From Haliotis cracherodii (taxonomy: Eukaryota): a stretch of DNA of 64,000 nucleotides. The notes beneath the pieces were generated by a model, which was not told the DNA's origin, ran no database searches, and saw only the letters and a program-made list of their open reading frames with translations. A program made the position numbers and the translations under genes. The stretch is from the NCBI RefSeq assembly GCF_022045235.1, contig NW_027266308.1, positions 54,064,001 to 54,128,000 of the forward strand, read 5' to 3'. Below, in pieces: positions 1-13,155 of this stretch (position 1 is the first letter of the stretch; each line of letters starts with the position of its first letter).

Positions 1-3000
1 CTATTTGCTTCAAATGTTTTTTTAGGTAATATGATAACTGTTATCTTTTTTTACTTTGTTTTAATTGGTATGATAACTGAATGTCATTTTGAATTGGACT
101 CAATCATGTAAACAGTTCAACATTATTTTATCATTAGCTTACTGCATTTTGCATATTGTGCTCATGTTCATGAGATGGTGTCGATGGGGATGGGGGCATT
201 TCAGTCTTACTCTTTCTTCTTAGAACATTAGTACAAGCAGGATCAAGAGGCAAGAGACAAGGAAGTTTTTGTCCAAGAGGAAGTTTTTGCTCAGCTTTTA
301 TGATTGAACTGGCTTAGTCAGGTATTATCTGAATTGTCAAATAGTTTTGTTTTTGGATTGTTGAAATAATGAAGTAATTGTCATGCGAATGTTTGGTACT
401 TTCTTGAAACTTTGCCTTATTGAAAAAAGCATGTTGTGGATTTGGTGGGGTTTCTTTGAAGGTCATCTAAGTGGTTGGAGCATTTTGCCGGTCCTGTTTT
501 GAAGGTTTTCCAGCTTGTCACTCAGCACTGGTATGGCTGCCCATTTCTTCCTGTGAGATTTCGCAACTAATTTTCTTATAAATGTTGCAATGTTTGACAA
601 AGAATTTGAATGTTGTCCACCTTCTGAATTGTTTCCTTGTAATTTGTTGATGGGTAGGGAGGGGAAAAAGTGAATTTTTGTTATTCCAAAAGGCCAAACG
701 AGACCAAGATAACAGTGTCAACAGGGGAAGTCATTGCCAATTAACAACTTTCTACCCATGGAAATGGACAAGTCTTGCCCAGGATCGGTGAACAGTTAAG
801 CCCTTGTATCGAAGATTTGTGTTTCTGAACATACTCTTTTTCCAAGCTCAAGTCAAGAACTTAAGTTACATGTGTTTGACTGAAAATAATGTTTTATATA
901 TAAAACTATAAATATGTAACGGTAAAAACCATGAGTTGGGGATAGGGAGGGGTATTAACTTGTTTCTACAGATTTTTCATAGGTTCCGTAACCTGACTGC
1001 CTTGATTCGACTGAAATATCCAGTTCGGCCTACATGGGTTTGGAAGGCACAAGGTATTGCACTATATGCATGTAGAACTGTGAATCTTGAATTTGTGGAT
1101 GAAATGCAATCTCATAATCTATTTGCTTCAAATGTTTTTTTTAGGTAATATGATAACTGTTATCTTTTACTTCTGTTAATTGGTATGATAACTGAATGTC
1201 ATTTTGAATTGGACTCAATCATGTAAACAGTTCAACATTATTTTATCATTAGCTTACTGCATTTTGCATATTGTGCTTATGTTCATGAGATGGTGTCGAG
1301 GGGGATGGGGATGGGGGCATTTCAGTCTTACTCTTTCTTCTTAGAACATTAGTTCAAGCAGGATCAAGAAGCAAGAGACAAGGAAGTTTTTGTCCAAGAG
1401 GAAGTTTGTGCTCAGCATTAGTGTTTGAACTGGCTTATTCAGGTATTATCAGAATAGCTCTGTTTTGGATTGTTGAAATAATGAAGTAATTACATATTAA
1501 TATGTTCATTGTCATACGCATGTTTGGTAATTTTTGCTTTATTGAAAAAAGCATTTTTGTGGATTTGGTGGGGTGCTTATGAGTTTCTTTGAAGGTCATC
1601 TACGTGGTTGGAGCATTTTTGACAGTCCTGTTTTGAAGGTTTTCCAGCTGGTCACTCAGCACTGGTATGGCTGCCCATTTCTTCCTGTAAGATTTCACAA
1701 CAATCTGATTTCAAGAGAATTTTCTTATAAATGTTGCAATGTTTGACAAAGAATTTGAATGTTGTCCACCTTCTGAATTGTTTCCTTGTAATTTGTTGAT
1801 GGGTAGGGAGGGGAAAAAGTGAATTTTTGTTATTCCAAAAGGCCAAACGAGACCAAGATAACAGTGTCAACAGGGGAAGTCATTGCCAATTAACAACTTT
1901 CTACCCATGGAAATGGACAAGTCTTGCCCAGGATCGGTGAACAGTTAAGCCCTTGTATCGAAGATTTGTGTTTCTGAACATACTCTTTTTCCAAGCTCAA
2001 GTCAAGAACTTAAGTTACATGTGTTTGACTGAAAATAATGTTATATAAAAATAAAACTATAAATATGTAACAGTAAAACCATGAGTTGGGGATAGGGAGG
2101 GGTATTAACTTTCTACAGATTCTTCATAGGTTCCGTAACCTGACTGCCTTGATTCGACTGAAATATCCAGTTCAGCCTACATGGGTTTGGAACACACAAG
2201 GTATTGCACTATATGCATGTAGAATCTTGAATTTGTGAACGAAGATCACTTTCATAATATATTTACTTCAAATGCTTTTTAGGTAATAGGATACCTGTTT
2301 TCTTTTACTTTGTTGTAGTTTTTATTGGTATGATAACTGAATGTCATTTTTTTGAATTGGACTCAATCATGTAAACAGTTCAACATTATTTTATCATTAG
2401 CTTACTGCATTTTGCATATTGTGCTCATGTTCATGAGATGGTGTCGAGGGGGATGGGGATGGGGGCATTTCAGTCTTACTCTTTCTTCTTAGAACATTAG
2501 TACAAGCAGGATCAAGAGGCAAGAGACAAGGAAGTTTTTGTCCAAGAGGAAGTTTTTGCTTTGCATTTGTGATTGAACTGGCTTATTCAGGTATTATCTG
2601 AATTGTTAAATAGCTCGTGTTTGGATTGTTGAAATAATGAAGTAATTACATATTAATATGTTCATTGTCATACGCATGTTTGGTAATTTTTGCTTTATTG
2701 AAAAAAGCATTTTTGTGGATTTGGTGGGGTGCTTATGAGTTTCTTTGAAGGTCATCTAAGTGGTTGGAGCATTGTGCCGGTCCCGTTTTGAAGGTTTTCC
2801 AGCTTGTCACTCAGCACTGGTATGGCTGCCCATTTCTTCCTGTGAGATTTCGCAACTATCTGATCTCAAGAGTATTTTCTTATAAATGTTGCAATGTTTG
2901 ACAAAGAATTTGAATGTTGTCCACCTTCTGAATTGTTTCCTTGTAATTTGTTGATGGGGAGGGAGGGGAAAAAGTGAATTTTTGTTATTCCAAAAGAAGG

Positions 3001-4290
3001 CCAAACGAGACCAAGATACCACCATTGTCAACAGGGGAAGACATTGCCATTAACAACTTTCTACCCATGGGAACGGACAAGTCTTGCCCAGGATCGGTGA
3101 ACAGTTAATCCCTTGTATCGAAGATTTGTCTCTGAAAATACTCTTTCCAAGTCAAGAACTAAAGTTACATGTGTTTGACTGAAAATAATGTTTTATATGT
3201 AAAACTATAAATCTCTTAAAGTAAAAACAGTATGAAGTGGGGATAGGGAGGGGTATTAACTTGTTTCTACAGATTCTTCATAGGTCCTGTAACCTCACTG
3301 CCTTGACGCAACCAGTTCAGCCTACATGGGTTTGGAAGGCACAAGGTATTGCAGTATGTGCATGTGAAATTGGTTTTCTCTAAAACTGAAAGTTGTGAAT
3401 GAAAAGCACTTTCATAATATATTTACTTCAAATATTTTTTTAGGTAATAGGATACTTGGTTTCTTTTAGTTTGTTTTAATTGGTATGATAACTGAATGTC
3501 ATTTTGAATTGGACACAAAATCATGTAAACAGTTCAACATTGATTTATCATTAGCTCACTGCATTTTGCATATTGTGCTCATGTTCATGAGATGGTGTCG
3601 AGGGGGATGGGGGCATTTCAGTCTTACTCTTTCTTCTTAGAACATTAGTACAAGCAGGATCAAGAAGCAAGAGACAAGGAAGTTTTTGTCCAAGAGGAAG
3701 TTTTTGCTCCGCATTTGTGATTGAACTGGCTCATTCAGGTATTATCTGAATTGTTAAATAGCTTTGTTTTTGGATTGTGAAGTAATTACATATTAATATG
3801 TTCATTGTCACACACGTTTGGTAGTTTCTTGAACCTCTGCTTTATTGACAAAAGCATGTTGTGCATATGGTGGGGTGCTTATGCATTTCTTTGAAGGTCA
3901 TCTACGTGGTTGGAGCATTTTTGCCGGTCCTGTTTTGAAGGTTTTCCAGCTTGTCATTCAGCACTGGTATGGCTGCTACCATTTTTATTCTGCTGGATCT
4001 CTCAGCTGATCTCACATCTGATTTTAATGTAAAATATTTGATTACACATCATACCAAACAGTAGTTTATTCTTACTCTGCAAAGAATTCGTTTGTTGGTT
4101 TCCCTTTAAACTGTGGTGCAATTATATTGGTCGGGAGGGGAGCTAATCAAGGTGTGAAGTTCTATTTGTTCCAAAGAAGACCAAGATGCAGTCAAAGGAG
4201 GATGTTCTCTATATCAAACAACTTGCTACCCATGGCTATTAGGACAAGTTCTCATCAAAGACCAAATTTGGAATAGGTAAACAGTTGGCA
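1..4290. repeat. Tandem array of ~1.12-1.16 kb units (about 3.8 copies visible, open at the left edge)
   Basis: The segment (c)tatttg/acttcaaat...tttaggtaat recurs at ~1, 1119, 2260 and 3420. The same small minus ORF recurs at 518, 1652 and 2807. The fourth copy diverges after ~3990. Confidence 0.93.
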
Positions 4291-4435
4291 ACCCATAGGC
4301 ATTTTTTAAACTTGAGAAAGTTTTTTAGATACATATTCCTACTGCTAAACTTGTGTAAATACATATTATACCAAGTGAGTTTTTATTTGTTTGTTGGATT
4401 GTTTGTGAGGGAAGGGGGGGTGCTTATTGTGCAGG

Positions 4436-7400
4436 ACTGGTATGACTGACTGGATTGAAGGAAGACCATGGCATGACAAAGACCAAACTACTGGATGGAA
4501 GGGCGACCCTGACTGGATGGACGACCCTGGCATGACTGGATGGATAGACGACCATGGTGTGACTGGATGGATAGACGACCATGGTGTGACTGGATGGATA
4601 GATGACCATGGTGTGACTGGATGGAAAGAAGACCCTGGTGTGACTGGATGGACGACCCTGGCATGACTGGATGGATGGACGACCCTGGTGTGACTGGATG
4701 GACGGACGACCCTGGTGTCTGGATGGAAAATCCTGGGGTGACTGGATGGATAGGTGACCTGGATGGATGGACGACCCTGGTCGGACTGGATGGATTGACG
4801 ACCCTGGCATGACTGGATGGATGGACGACCCTGGCTTTGACTGGATGACCCTGGCTTTGACTGGATGGATGACCCTGGATGGATGACCCTGGCATGACTG
4901 GATGGAAAGAAGTCCCGACGTGACTGGATGGATGGACGACCCTGGCCGGACTGGATGGATTGACGACCCTGGCTTTGACTGGATGGATGAACCTGGCATG
5001 ACTGGAAGGACGACCCTGGATGGATGAACCTGGCATGACTGGATGGAAAGAAGGCCTTGGCGTGACTGGATGGATGGACGACCCTGGAGTGACTGGATGG
5101 ACGGATGACCCTGGTGTGACTGGATGGACGGACGAACCTGGTGACTGGATGGAAAATCCTGGCTTGACTGGATGGATGGGTGACCTGGATGGAAAGAAGA
5201 CCCGATGTGACTGGACGGATGGACGACCCTGGCCGGACTAGATGGATTGACAACCCTGGCTTTGACTGGATGGACGACCCTGGAGTGACTGGATGGACGA
5301 CCCTGACGTGACTGGATGGATGGACGACCCTGACGTGACCTGGATGGAAAGAAGACCCCGATGTGACTGGATGGATGGACGACCTTGGCCGGACTGGATG
5401 GATTGACAACCCTGGCTTTGACTGGATGGACGACCCTGGAGTGACTGGATGGACGACCCTGGCGTGACTGGATGGATGGACGACCCTGACGTGACCTGGA
5501 TGGATGGACGACCCTGGCCGGACTGGATGGATTGACGACCCTGGCTTTGACTGGATAGACGACCCTGGATGGATGACCCTGGCATGACTGGATGGAAAGA
5601 AGACCTTGGCGTGACTGGATGGATGGACGACCCTGGAGTGACTGGATGGACGGATGACCCAGGTGTGACTGGATGGACGGACGACCCTGGTGTGACTGGA
5701 TGGAAAATCCTGGGGTGACTGGATGGATGGGTGACCTGGATGGAAAGAAGAACCGATGTGACTGGATGGATGGAAGACCCCGGAGGACTGGATGGAAGGA
5801 CGACCCTGGAGTGACTGGATGGATGGACGACCTTGGCTTGACTGGATGGACGGACGACCCTGGTGTGTCTGGATGGATGGACGGACGACCCAGGTGTGAC
5901 TGGATGGACGGACGACCCTGGTGTGACTGGATGGACGACCCTGGTGACTGGATGGACGACCCTGGTGACTGGATGGAAAATCCTGGGGTGACTGGATGGA
6001 AAGAAGACCCCGTCATGACTGGATGGAAAGGAGGCCCCGACATGACGGATGGATTGACGACCCTGGAGTGACTGGATGGATGGACGACCCTGGAGTGACT
6101 GGATGGACGACCCTGGTGACTGGATGGAAAATCCTGGGGGGTCTGGATGGAAAGAAGACCTTACTGGATGGAAAGGAGACCCCGACATGACTGGATGGAT
6201 GGAAGACCCCGGCGTGACTGGATGGATGGACGACCCTGGAGTGACTGGATGGACGACCCTAGTGTGACTGAATGGACGACCCTGGAGTGACTGGATGGAT
6301 GGACGACCCTGGAGTGACTGGATGGATGGACGACCCTGGTGTGACTGGATGGACGACCCTGGTGACTGGATGGAAAGAAGACTCCGTCCTGACTGGATGG
6401 AAAGAAGACCCTACTGGATGGAAAGAAGACCCGGACATGACTGGACGGAAAGAAGACCCCGGCGTGACTGGATGGAAAGAAGACCCCGACGTGACTGGAC
6501 GGAAAGAAGACCCTGACGTGACTGGACGGAAAGAAGACTGGAGTGACTGGATGGATTGACGACCCTGGTGTGACTGGATGGATGGAAAGAAGACCCTGGT
6601 GTGACTGGATTGATGGAAAGGAGACCCCGACGTGACTGGATGAAAGAAGACCTTGACGTGACTGGACGGAAAGAAGACCTTGACGTGACTGGATTCACAG
6701 AAGACCCTGGTGTGATTGGATGGAAAGAAGACCCTACTGGATGGATTTTAAGACCCGATGTGACTGGATGGAAAGAAGACCCCGACGTGACTGGATGTAA
6801 AGAAGACCCTGGTGTGATTGGACGGAAAGAAGACCCTGGTGTGATTGGACGGAAAGAAGACCCTACTAGATGGATTGAAGACCCCAACGTGACAAGATGG
6901 AAAGAATACCCCGACATGACTGGATGGAAAGAAGACCCTACTGGATGGAAAGAAGACCCTACTGGATGGAAAGAAGACCCTGGTGTGACTGGATAGATGT
7001 AAAGAAGACCCTGGTGTGACTGGATGGATGGAAAGGAGACCCCGACGTGACTGGATGGAAAGAAGATGACGTGACTGGACGGAAAGAAGACCCCGACATG
7101 ATTGGGTGCAAAGAAGACCCTGGTGTGACTGGATGGAAAGAAGATCCTGGTGCGACTGGATGGAAAGAAGACCCTGGTGTGACTGGATGGAAAGAAGACC
7201 CCGACGTGACTGGATGGAAAGAAGAGCCCGACGTGACTGGATGGATGGAAGAGCCCGACGTGACTGAATGGATGGAAGACCCTGATGTGTGGCTAGATGG
7301 AAAGAAGACCCTGGCGTGACTGGATGGAAAGAAGACCCTGGCGTGACTGGATGGAAAGAAGACCCTGGTGTGACTGAATGGATGAAGACCCCGGCGTGAC

Positions 7401-9590
7401 ATGGATGGAAGACCCTGGCGTGACTGAATGGATGGAAGACCCTGGCGTGACTGAATGGATGGAAGACCCCGGCGTGACTGATTGGATGGAAGACCCCGGC
7501 GTGACTGGATGGATGGAAAGAAAACCCTGATGTGTGGCTAGATGGAAAGAAGACCCCGACGTGACTGGATGGAAAGAAGACCCTGGTGTGACTGAATGGA
7601 TGGAAGACCCTGGCGTGACTGACTGAATGGATGGAAGACCCTGGCGTGACTGGATGGAAAGAAGACCCTGGCGTGACTGGATGGAAAGAAGACCCTGGCG
7701 TGACTGAATGGATGGAAGACCCTGACGTGACTGGATGGAAAGAAGACCCTGGCATGACTGAATGGATGGAAGACCCTGGCGTGACTGGATGGAAAGAAGA
7801 CCCTGGTGTGACTGAATGGATGGTAGACCCTTGCGTGACTGAATGGATGGAAGACCCTGGCGTGACTGAATGGATGGAAGACCCTGGCGTGACTGGATGG
7901 AAAGAAGACCCTGGCGTGACTGGATGGAAAGAAGACCCTGGCGTGACTGAATGGATGGAAGACCCTTGCGTGACTGGATGGAAAGGAGACCCTGGCGTGA
8001 CTGGATGGAAAGAAGACCCTGGCATGACTGAATGGATGGAAGACCCTGGCGTGACTGGATGGAAAGAAGACCCTGGCGTGACTAAACGGATGGAAGACTG
8101 CGTGACTGAATGGATGGAAGACCCTGGCGTGAATGGATGGAAAGAAGACCCTGGTGTGACTGAACGGATGAAAGACCCTGGCGTGAGTGACTGGATGGAA
8201 GACCCTGGCGTGACTGGATGGAAAGAAGACCCTGGCGTGACTGAATGGATGGTAGACCCTTGCATGACTGAATGGATGGAAGACCCTGGCGTGACTGAAT
8301 GGATGGAAGACCCTGGCGTGACTGGATGGAAAGAAGACCCTGGCGTGACTGAATGGATGGAAGACCCTGGCGTGACTGGATGGAAAGAAGACCCTGGCGT
8401 GACTGAATGGATGGAAGACCCTGGCGTGACTGATTGGATGGAAAGGAGACCCTGGCGTGACTGATTGGATGGAAGACCCTGGCGTGACTGACTGAATGGA
8501 TGGAAGACCCCGGCGTGACTGGATGGAAGACCCTGGCGTGACTGGATGGAAAGAAGACCCTGGCGTGACTGAATGGATGGAAGACCCTGGCGTGACTGAA
8601 TGGATGGAAGACCCTGGCGTGACTGAATGGATGGAAGACCCTGGCGTGACTGGATGGAAAGAAGACCCTGGCATGACTGAATGGAAAGAAGACCCTGGCG
8701 TGACTGGATGGAAAGAAGACCCTGGCGTGACTGAACGGATGGAAGACCCTGGCGTGACTGACTGAATGGATGGAAGACCCTGGCGTGACTGGATGGAAGA
8801 CCCTGGCGTGACTGGATGGAAAGAAGACCCTGGCGTGACTGAATGGATGGAAGACCATGGCGTGACTGAATGGATGGAAGACCCTGGCGTGACTGAATGG
8901 ATGGAAGACCCTGGCGTGACTGGATGGAAAGAAGACCCTGGCATGACTGAATGGATGGAAGACCCTGGCGTGACTGGATGGAAAGAAGACCCTGGCGTGA
9001 CTAAACGGATGGAAGACTGCGTGACTGAATGGATGGAAGACCCTGGCGTGACTGGATGGAAAGAAGACCCTGGTGTGACTGAACGGATGGAAGACCCTGG
9101 CGTGAGTGACCGGATGGAAGACCCTGGCGTGACTGGATGGAAAGAAGACCCTGGCGTGACTGAATGGATGGAAGACCCTTGCGTGACTGAATGGATGGAA
9201 GACCCTGGCGTGACTGGATGGAAAGAAGACCCTGGCGTGACTGAACGGATGGAAGACCCTGGCGTGACTGGATGGAAAGAAGACCCTGGCGTGACTGGAT
9301 GGATGGAAGACCCTTGCGTGACTGGATGGAAAGAAGACCCTGGCGTGACTGAATGGATGGAAGACCCTGGCGTGACTGGATGGAAAGAAGACGCAGACGT
9401 GACTGGATGGAAAGAAGACCCTGGCACATCGTGATGGATGACCATGACGGACTGGAGGTTGGATTGAAGATTGAAGTTGGAGATGACAAGATGGATGGAA
9501 GACCCTGGCATGACTGGATGGATGGAAGACCCTGGCGTGACTGGGTGGATGGAAGACCCTGGTGTGACTGGGTGGACGGAAGACCCTGCT
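4436..9590. repeat. Satellite/minisatellite A, 27-bp unit GACCCTGGCGTGACT(GGATGGAAAGAA|GAATGGATGGAA), irregular in its left half
   Basis: Directly visible. Homogeneous 27-bp units at ~7300-9420; variable-length GGAT-rich units at 4436-7300. Confidence 0.97.
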
Positions 9591-12500
9591 GGACCTACCT
9601 TCCCGGGAGAAGCATGAGATGGTGGACCTTCCTGGGAGCAGCGTGAGAATCCGGACCTTCCATGGGGAGTGTGAGATGGTGGACCGTCTTGTGCTGCTGT
9701 GGTAGGTCCAGATTCTCACGGCGCTCCGGGGAAGGTCCATCTCAAGCTGTTCCAAGGAAGGTCCATAAGATGGATGACCAGGCGCAGCAGTATGGTTGAC
9801 CCTCCCTAAAGCAGAGTGGACCTGGGCCAGCGTGAGATGGTGGACCTTCCCTGGATCAGCGTGAGATGGTGGACCTTCCCCGGAGCAGCGTGAGATGGTG
9901 GACCTTCCCCAGATCAGCGCGAGATGGCGGACCTCTCCTGGATCAGCGCGAGATTGGACCTTCCCCGGAGAGGCGTGAGTTGGACCTTTCCCGGAGAGGC
10001 GTGAGTTGGACCTACCCGGAGAGGCGTGAGTTGGACCTTCCCCGGAGCAGCGTGAGATGGTGGACCTACCCAGGATTAGCCGAGATGGTGGACTTTTCCC
10101 GGATCAGCGCGAGATGGTGGACCTTCCCCGGAGAGGCTTGAGATGGTGGCCCTTCCCTGGATCAGCGTAAGATGGTGGACCTGGATCAGCACGAGATGGT
10201 TGACCTTCCCCGGAGAGGCGTGATATGGTGGACCTTCCCTGGATCAGCGTGCGATGGTGGACCTTCCCTGGATCAGTGTAAGTTGATGGACCTAGATTGG
10301 TGCGAGATGGTTGACCTTCCCCGGAGAGGCGTGATATGGTGGACCTTCCCTGGATCAGCGTGCGATGGTGGACCTTCCCTGGATCAGTGTAAGTTGATGG
10401 ACCTAGATTGGTGCGAGATGGTGGACCTTCCCTGGAGAGGCGTGAGATGATGGACCTCCCCTGGATCAGCGTGAGATGGTGGACCTGGATTAGCGTGAGA
10501 TGGTGGATCTGGGTCAGGGCGAGATGGTGGACCTCCCCTGAATCAGCGTGAGATGGTGGACTTTCCTGGATCAGCATGAGATGGTGGACCTGGATCAGCG
10601 TGAGGTGGTGGACTTTCCTGGATCAGTGTGAGATGGTGGACCTGGATTAGCGTGAGATGGTGGACCTTCCCCGGAGAGACTTGAGATGGTGGACCTTTCC
10701 CGGAGAGGCTTGAGATGGTGGACCTTCCATGGAGAGGTTTGAGACCTGGTGGACCTTCCCCGGAGAGGCTTGAGACCTGGTGGACCGTCCCCGGATCTGC
10801 GAGAGATGGTGGACCTTCCCCGGAGAGGTTTGTGATGGTGGACCTTCCCCGGATCAGTGCAAGATGGTGCACCTTCCCCGGATCAGCGCGAGATGGTGGA
10901 CCTTCCCCGGATCAGCGCGAGATGGTGGACCTTCCCCGGAGAGGCGTGAGATGTTGGACCCTCCCTAGATCAGCGTGAGATGGTGGACCTTCCCCAGAGG
11001 TGTGTGATGGTGGACCTTCCCCGGATCAGCGCGAGATGGTGGACCTTCCCCGGAGAGGTGTGTGGTGGACCTACCCCAGATCAGCGCGAGATGGTGGACC
11101 TTGCCCGGAGAGGTTTGAGACCTGGTGGACCTTCCCCGGAGAGGCTTGAGACCTGGTGGACCTTCCCCGGATCAGCGCGAGATGGTGGACCTACCCCGGA
11201 TCAGCGCGAGATGACCTTCCCCAGATCAGCGTGAGATGGTGGACCTTCCCCGGAGAGGCGTGAGATGGTGGACCTTCCCCGGATCAGCGCGAGATGGTGG
11301 ACCTTCCCTGGAGAGGTTTGAGACCTGGTGGACCTTCCCCGGAGAGGCTTGAGACCTGGTGGACCTTCCCCGGATCAGCGCGAGATGGTGGACCTACCCT
11401 GGATCAGCGCGAGATGGTGGACCTACCCCGGATCAGCGCGAGATGACTTCCCCAGATCAGCGCGAGATGGTGGACCTTCCCCGGAGAGGCGTGAGATGGT
11501 GGACCTTCCCCGGATCAGCGCGAGATGGTGGACCTTCCCTGGAGAGGTTTGAGACCTGGTGGACCTTCCCCGGAGAGGCTTGAGACCTGGTGGACCTTCC
11601 CCGGATCAGCGCGAGATGGTGGACCTACCCTGGATCAGCGCGAGATGGTGGACCTACCCCGGATCAGCGCGAGATGACTTCCCCAGATCAGCGCGAGATG
11701 GTGGACCTTCCCCGGAGAGGCGTGAGATGGTGGACCTTCCCTGGATCAGCGCGAGATGGTGGACCTTCCCTGGATCAGCGCGAGATGGTGGACCTTCCCC
11801 CGAGAGGCGTGAGATGTTGGACCCTCCCTGGATCAGCGTGAGATGGTGGACCTTCCCCGGAGAGGTGTGTGGTGGACCTACCCCGGATCAGCGCGAGATG
11901 GTGGACCTTGCCCGGATCAGCGCGAGATGGTGGACCTTCCCCGGAGAGGTTTGAGACCTGGTGGACCTTCCCCGGAGAGGCTTGAGACCTGGTGGACCTT
12001 CCCGGGATCAGCGCGAGATGGTGGACCTACCCCGGATCAGCGCGAGATGACCTTCCCCAGATCAGCGCGAGATGACCTTCCCCAGATCAGCGCGAGATGG
12101 TGGACCTTCCCCGGAGAGGCGTGAGATGACGGACCTTCCCTGGATCAGCGTGAGATGGTGGACCTTCCCTGGATCAGCGTGAGATGGTGGACCTTCCCCA
12201 GATCAGCGCGAGATGGTGGACCTACCCCGGATCAGCGCGAGATGGTGGACCTACCCCGGATCAGCGTGAGTTGGTGGACCTTCCCCGGATCAGCGTGAGT
12301 TGGTGGACCTTCCCCGGATCAGCGCGAGATGACCTTCCCTGGATCAGCGTGAGATGGTGGACCTTCCCTGGATCAGCGTGAGATGGTGGACCTACCCCGG
12401 ATCAGCGCGAGTTGGTGGACCTTCCCCGGATCAGCGCGAGATGACCTTCCCTGGATCAGCGTGAGATGGTGGACCTTCCCTGGATCAGCGTGAGATGGTG

Positions 12501-13155
12501 GACCTTCCCTGGATCAGCGTGAGATGGTGGACCTTCCCTGGATCAGCGTGAGATGGTGGACCTTCCCTGGATCAGCGTGAGATACCTGGATTAGCGCGAG
12601 ATGGTGGACCTTCCCTGGATCAGTGCGAGATGGTGGACCTTCCCTGGATCAGTGCGAGATGGTGGACCTTCCCTGGATCAGTGCGAGATGGTGGACCTTT
12701 CCTGGACCAACAAGAGATGGTGGCCCTTCCCCTGAGCAACAAGAGATGGTGAACCTTCCTGGGAGCAGCGTGAGATGGTGGACCTTCCTTGGAGCAGCGT
12801 GAGATGGTCGACCGTTCACGGAGCAAGAAGAGGTGGTGGCTCTTCCCCGGAGCAGCAAGAGATGGTGGACCTTCCCCGGAGTAGCATGAGATGGAGCTTC
12901 CCTGGAGCAGAGTGAGATGGTGGACCTGGAGCAGCTTGAGATGGTGGACCTGGAGCAACGTGAGATGGACCTCCCCGGAGATGGTGGACCTGGATCGGCC
13001 TGAGATGGTGGACCTTCCCTGGAGCAGCGTGACATGGTGACCTGGAGCATTGTGAGATGGTGGACCTTCCCTGGAGCAGCCAGAGATGGTGGACCTGGAG
13101 CTGAAGTGTGAGATGGTGGACCTGAAACGGCATGTGATGTGGACCTTCCCTGAAG
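9590..13155. repeat. Satellite/minisatellite B, 29-bp unit GATGGTGGACCTTCCCCGGATCAGCGCGA with variants
   Basis: Directly visible. The GGATCAGCG, GGAGAGGCG and GGAGCAGCG variants dominate different zones. Confidence 0.97.

Noticed and set aside
518-721. Repeated small ORF in the 1.1-kb units; faint THAP-like (FFP...RKKW) and U2-like (GGCCTTTTGG) resemblances
   Set aside because: Non-ATG starts, no complete C2CH signature and only a 10-nt match to U2; not supportable.
4366-9755. Long ORFs (up to 657 aa) with repeats such as EDPGVTGWK, VTPGSSFHP and SHARVFFPS, resembling a repetitive structural or biomineral protein
   Set aside because: The 27-bp unit lacks stops in several frames on both strands. 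Frequent 4-bp (GGAT/GACT) indels switch frames, and there is no signal peptide or unique domain. Best explained as a satellite artefact.
9590-13155. CRISPR-like appearance of ~29-bp repeats
   Set aside because: Units are contiguous with no unique spacers, there are no cas genes, and the context is eukaryotic.
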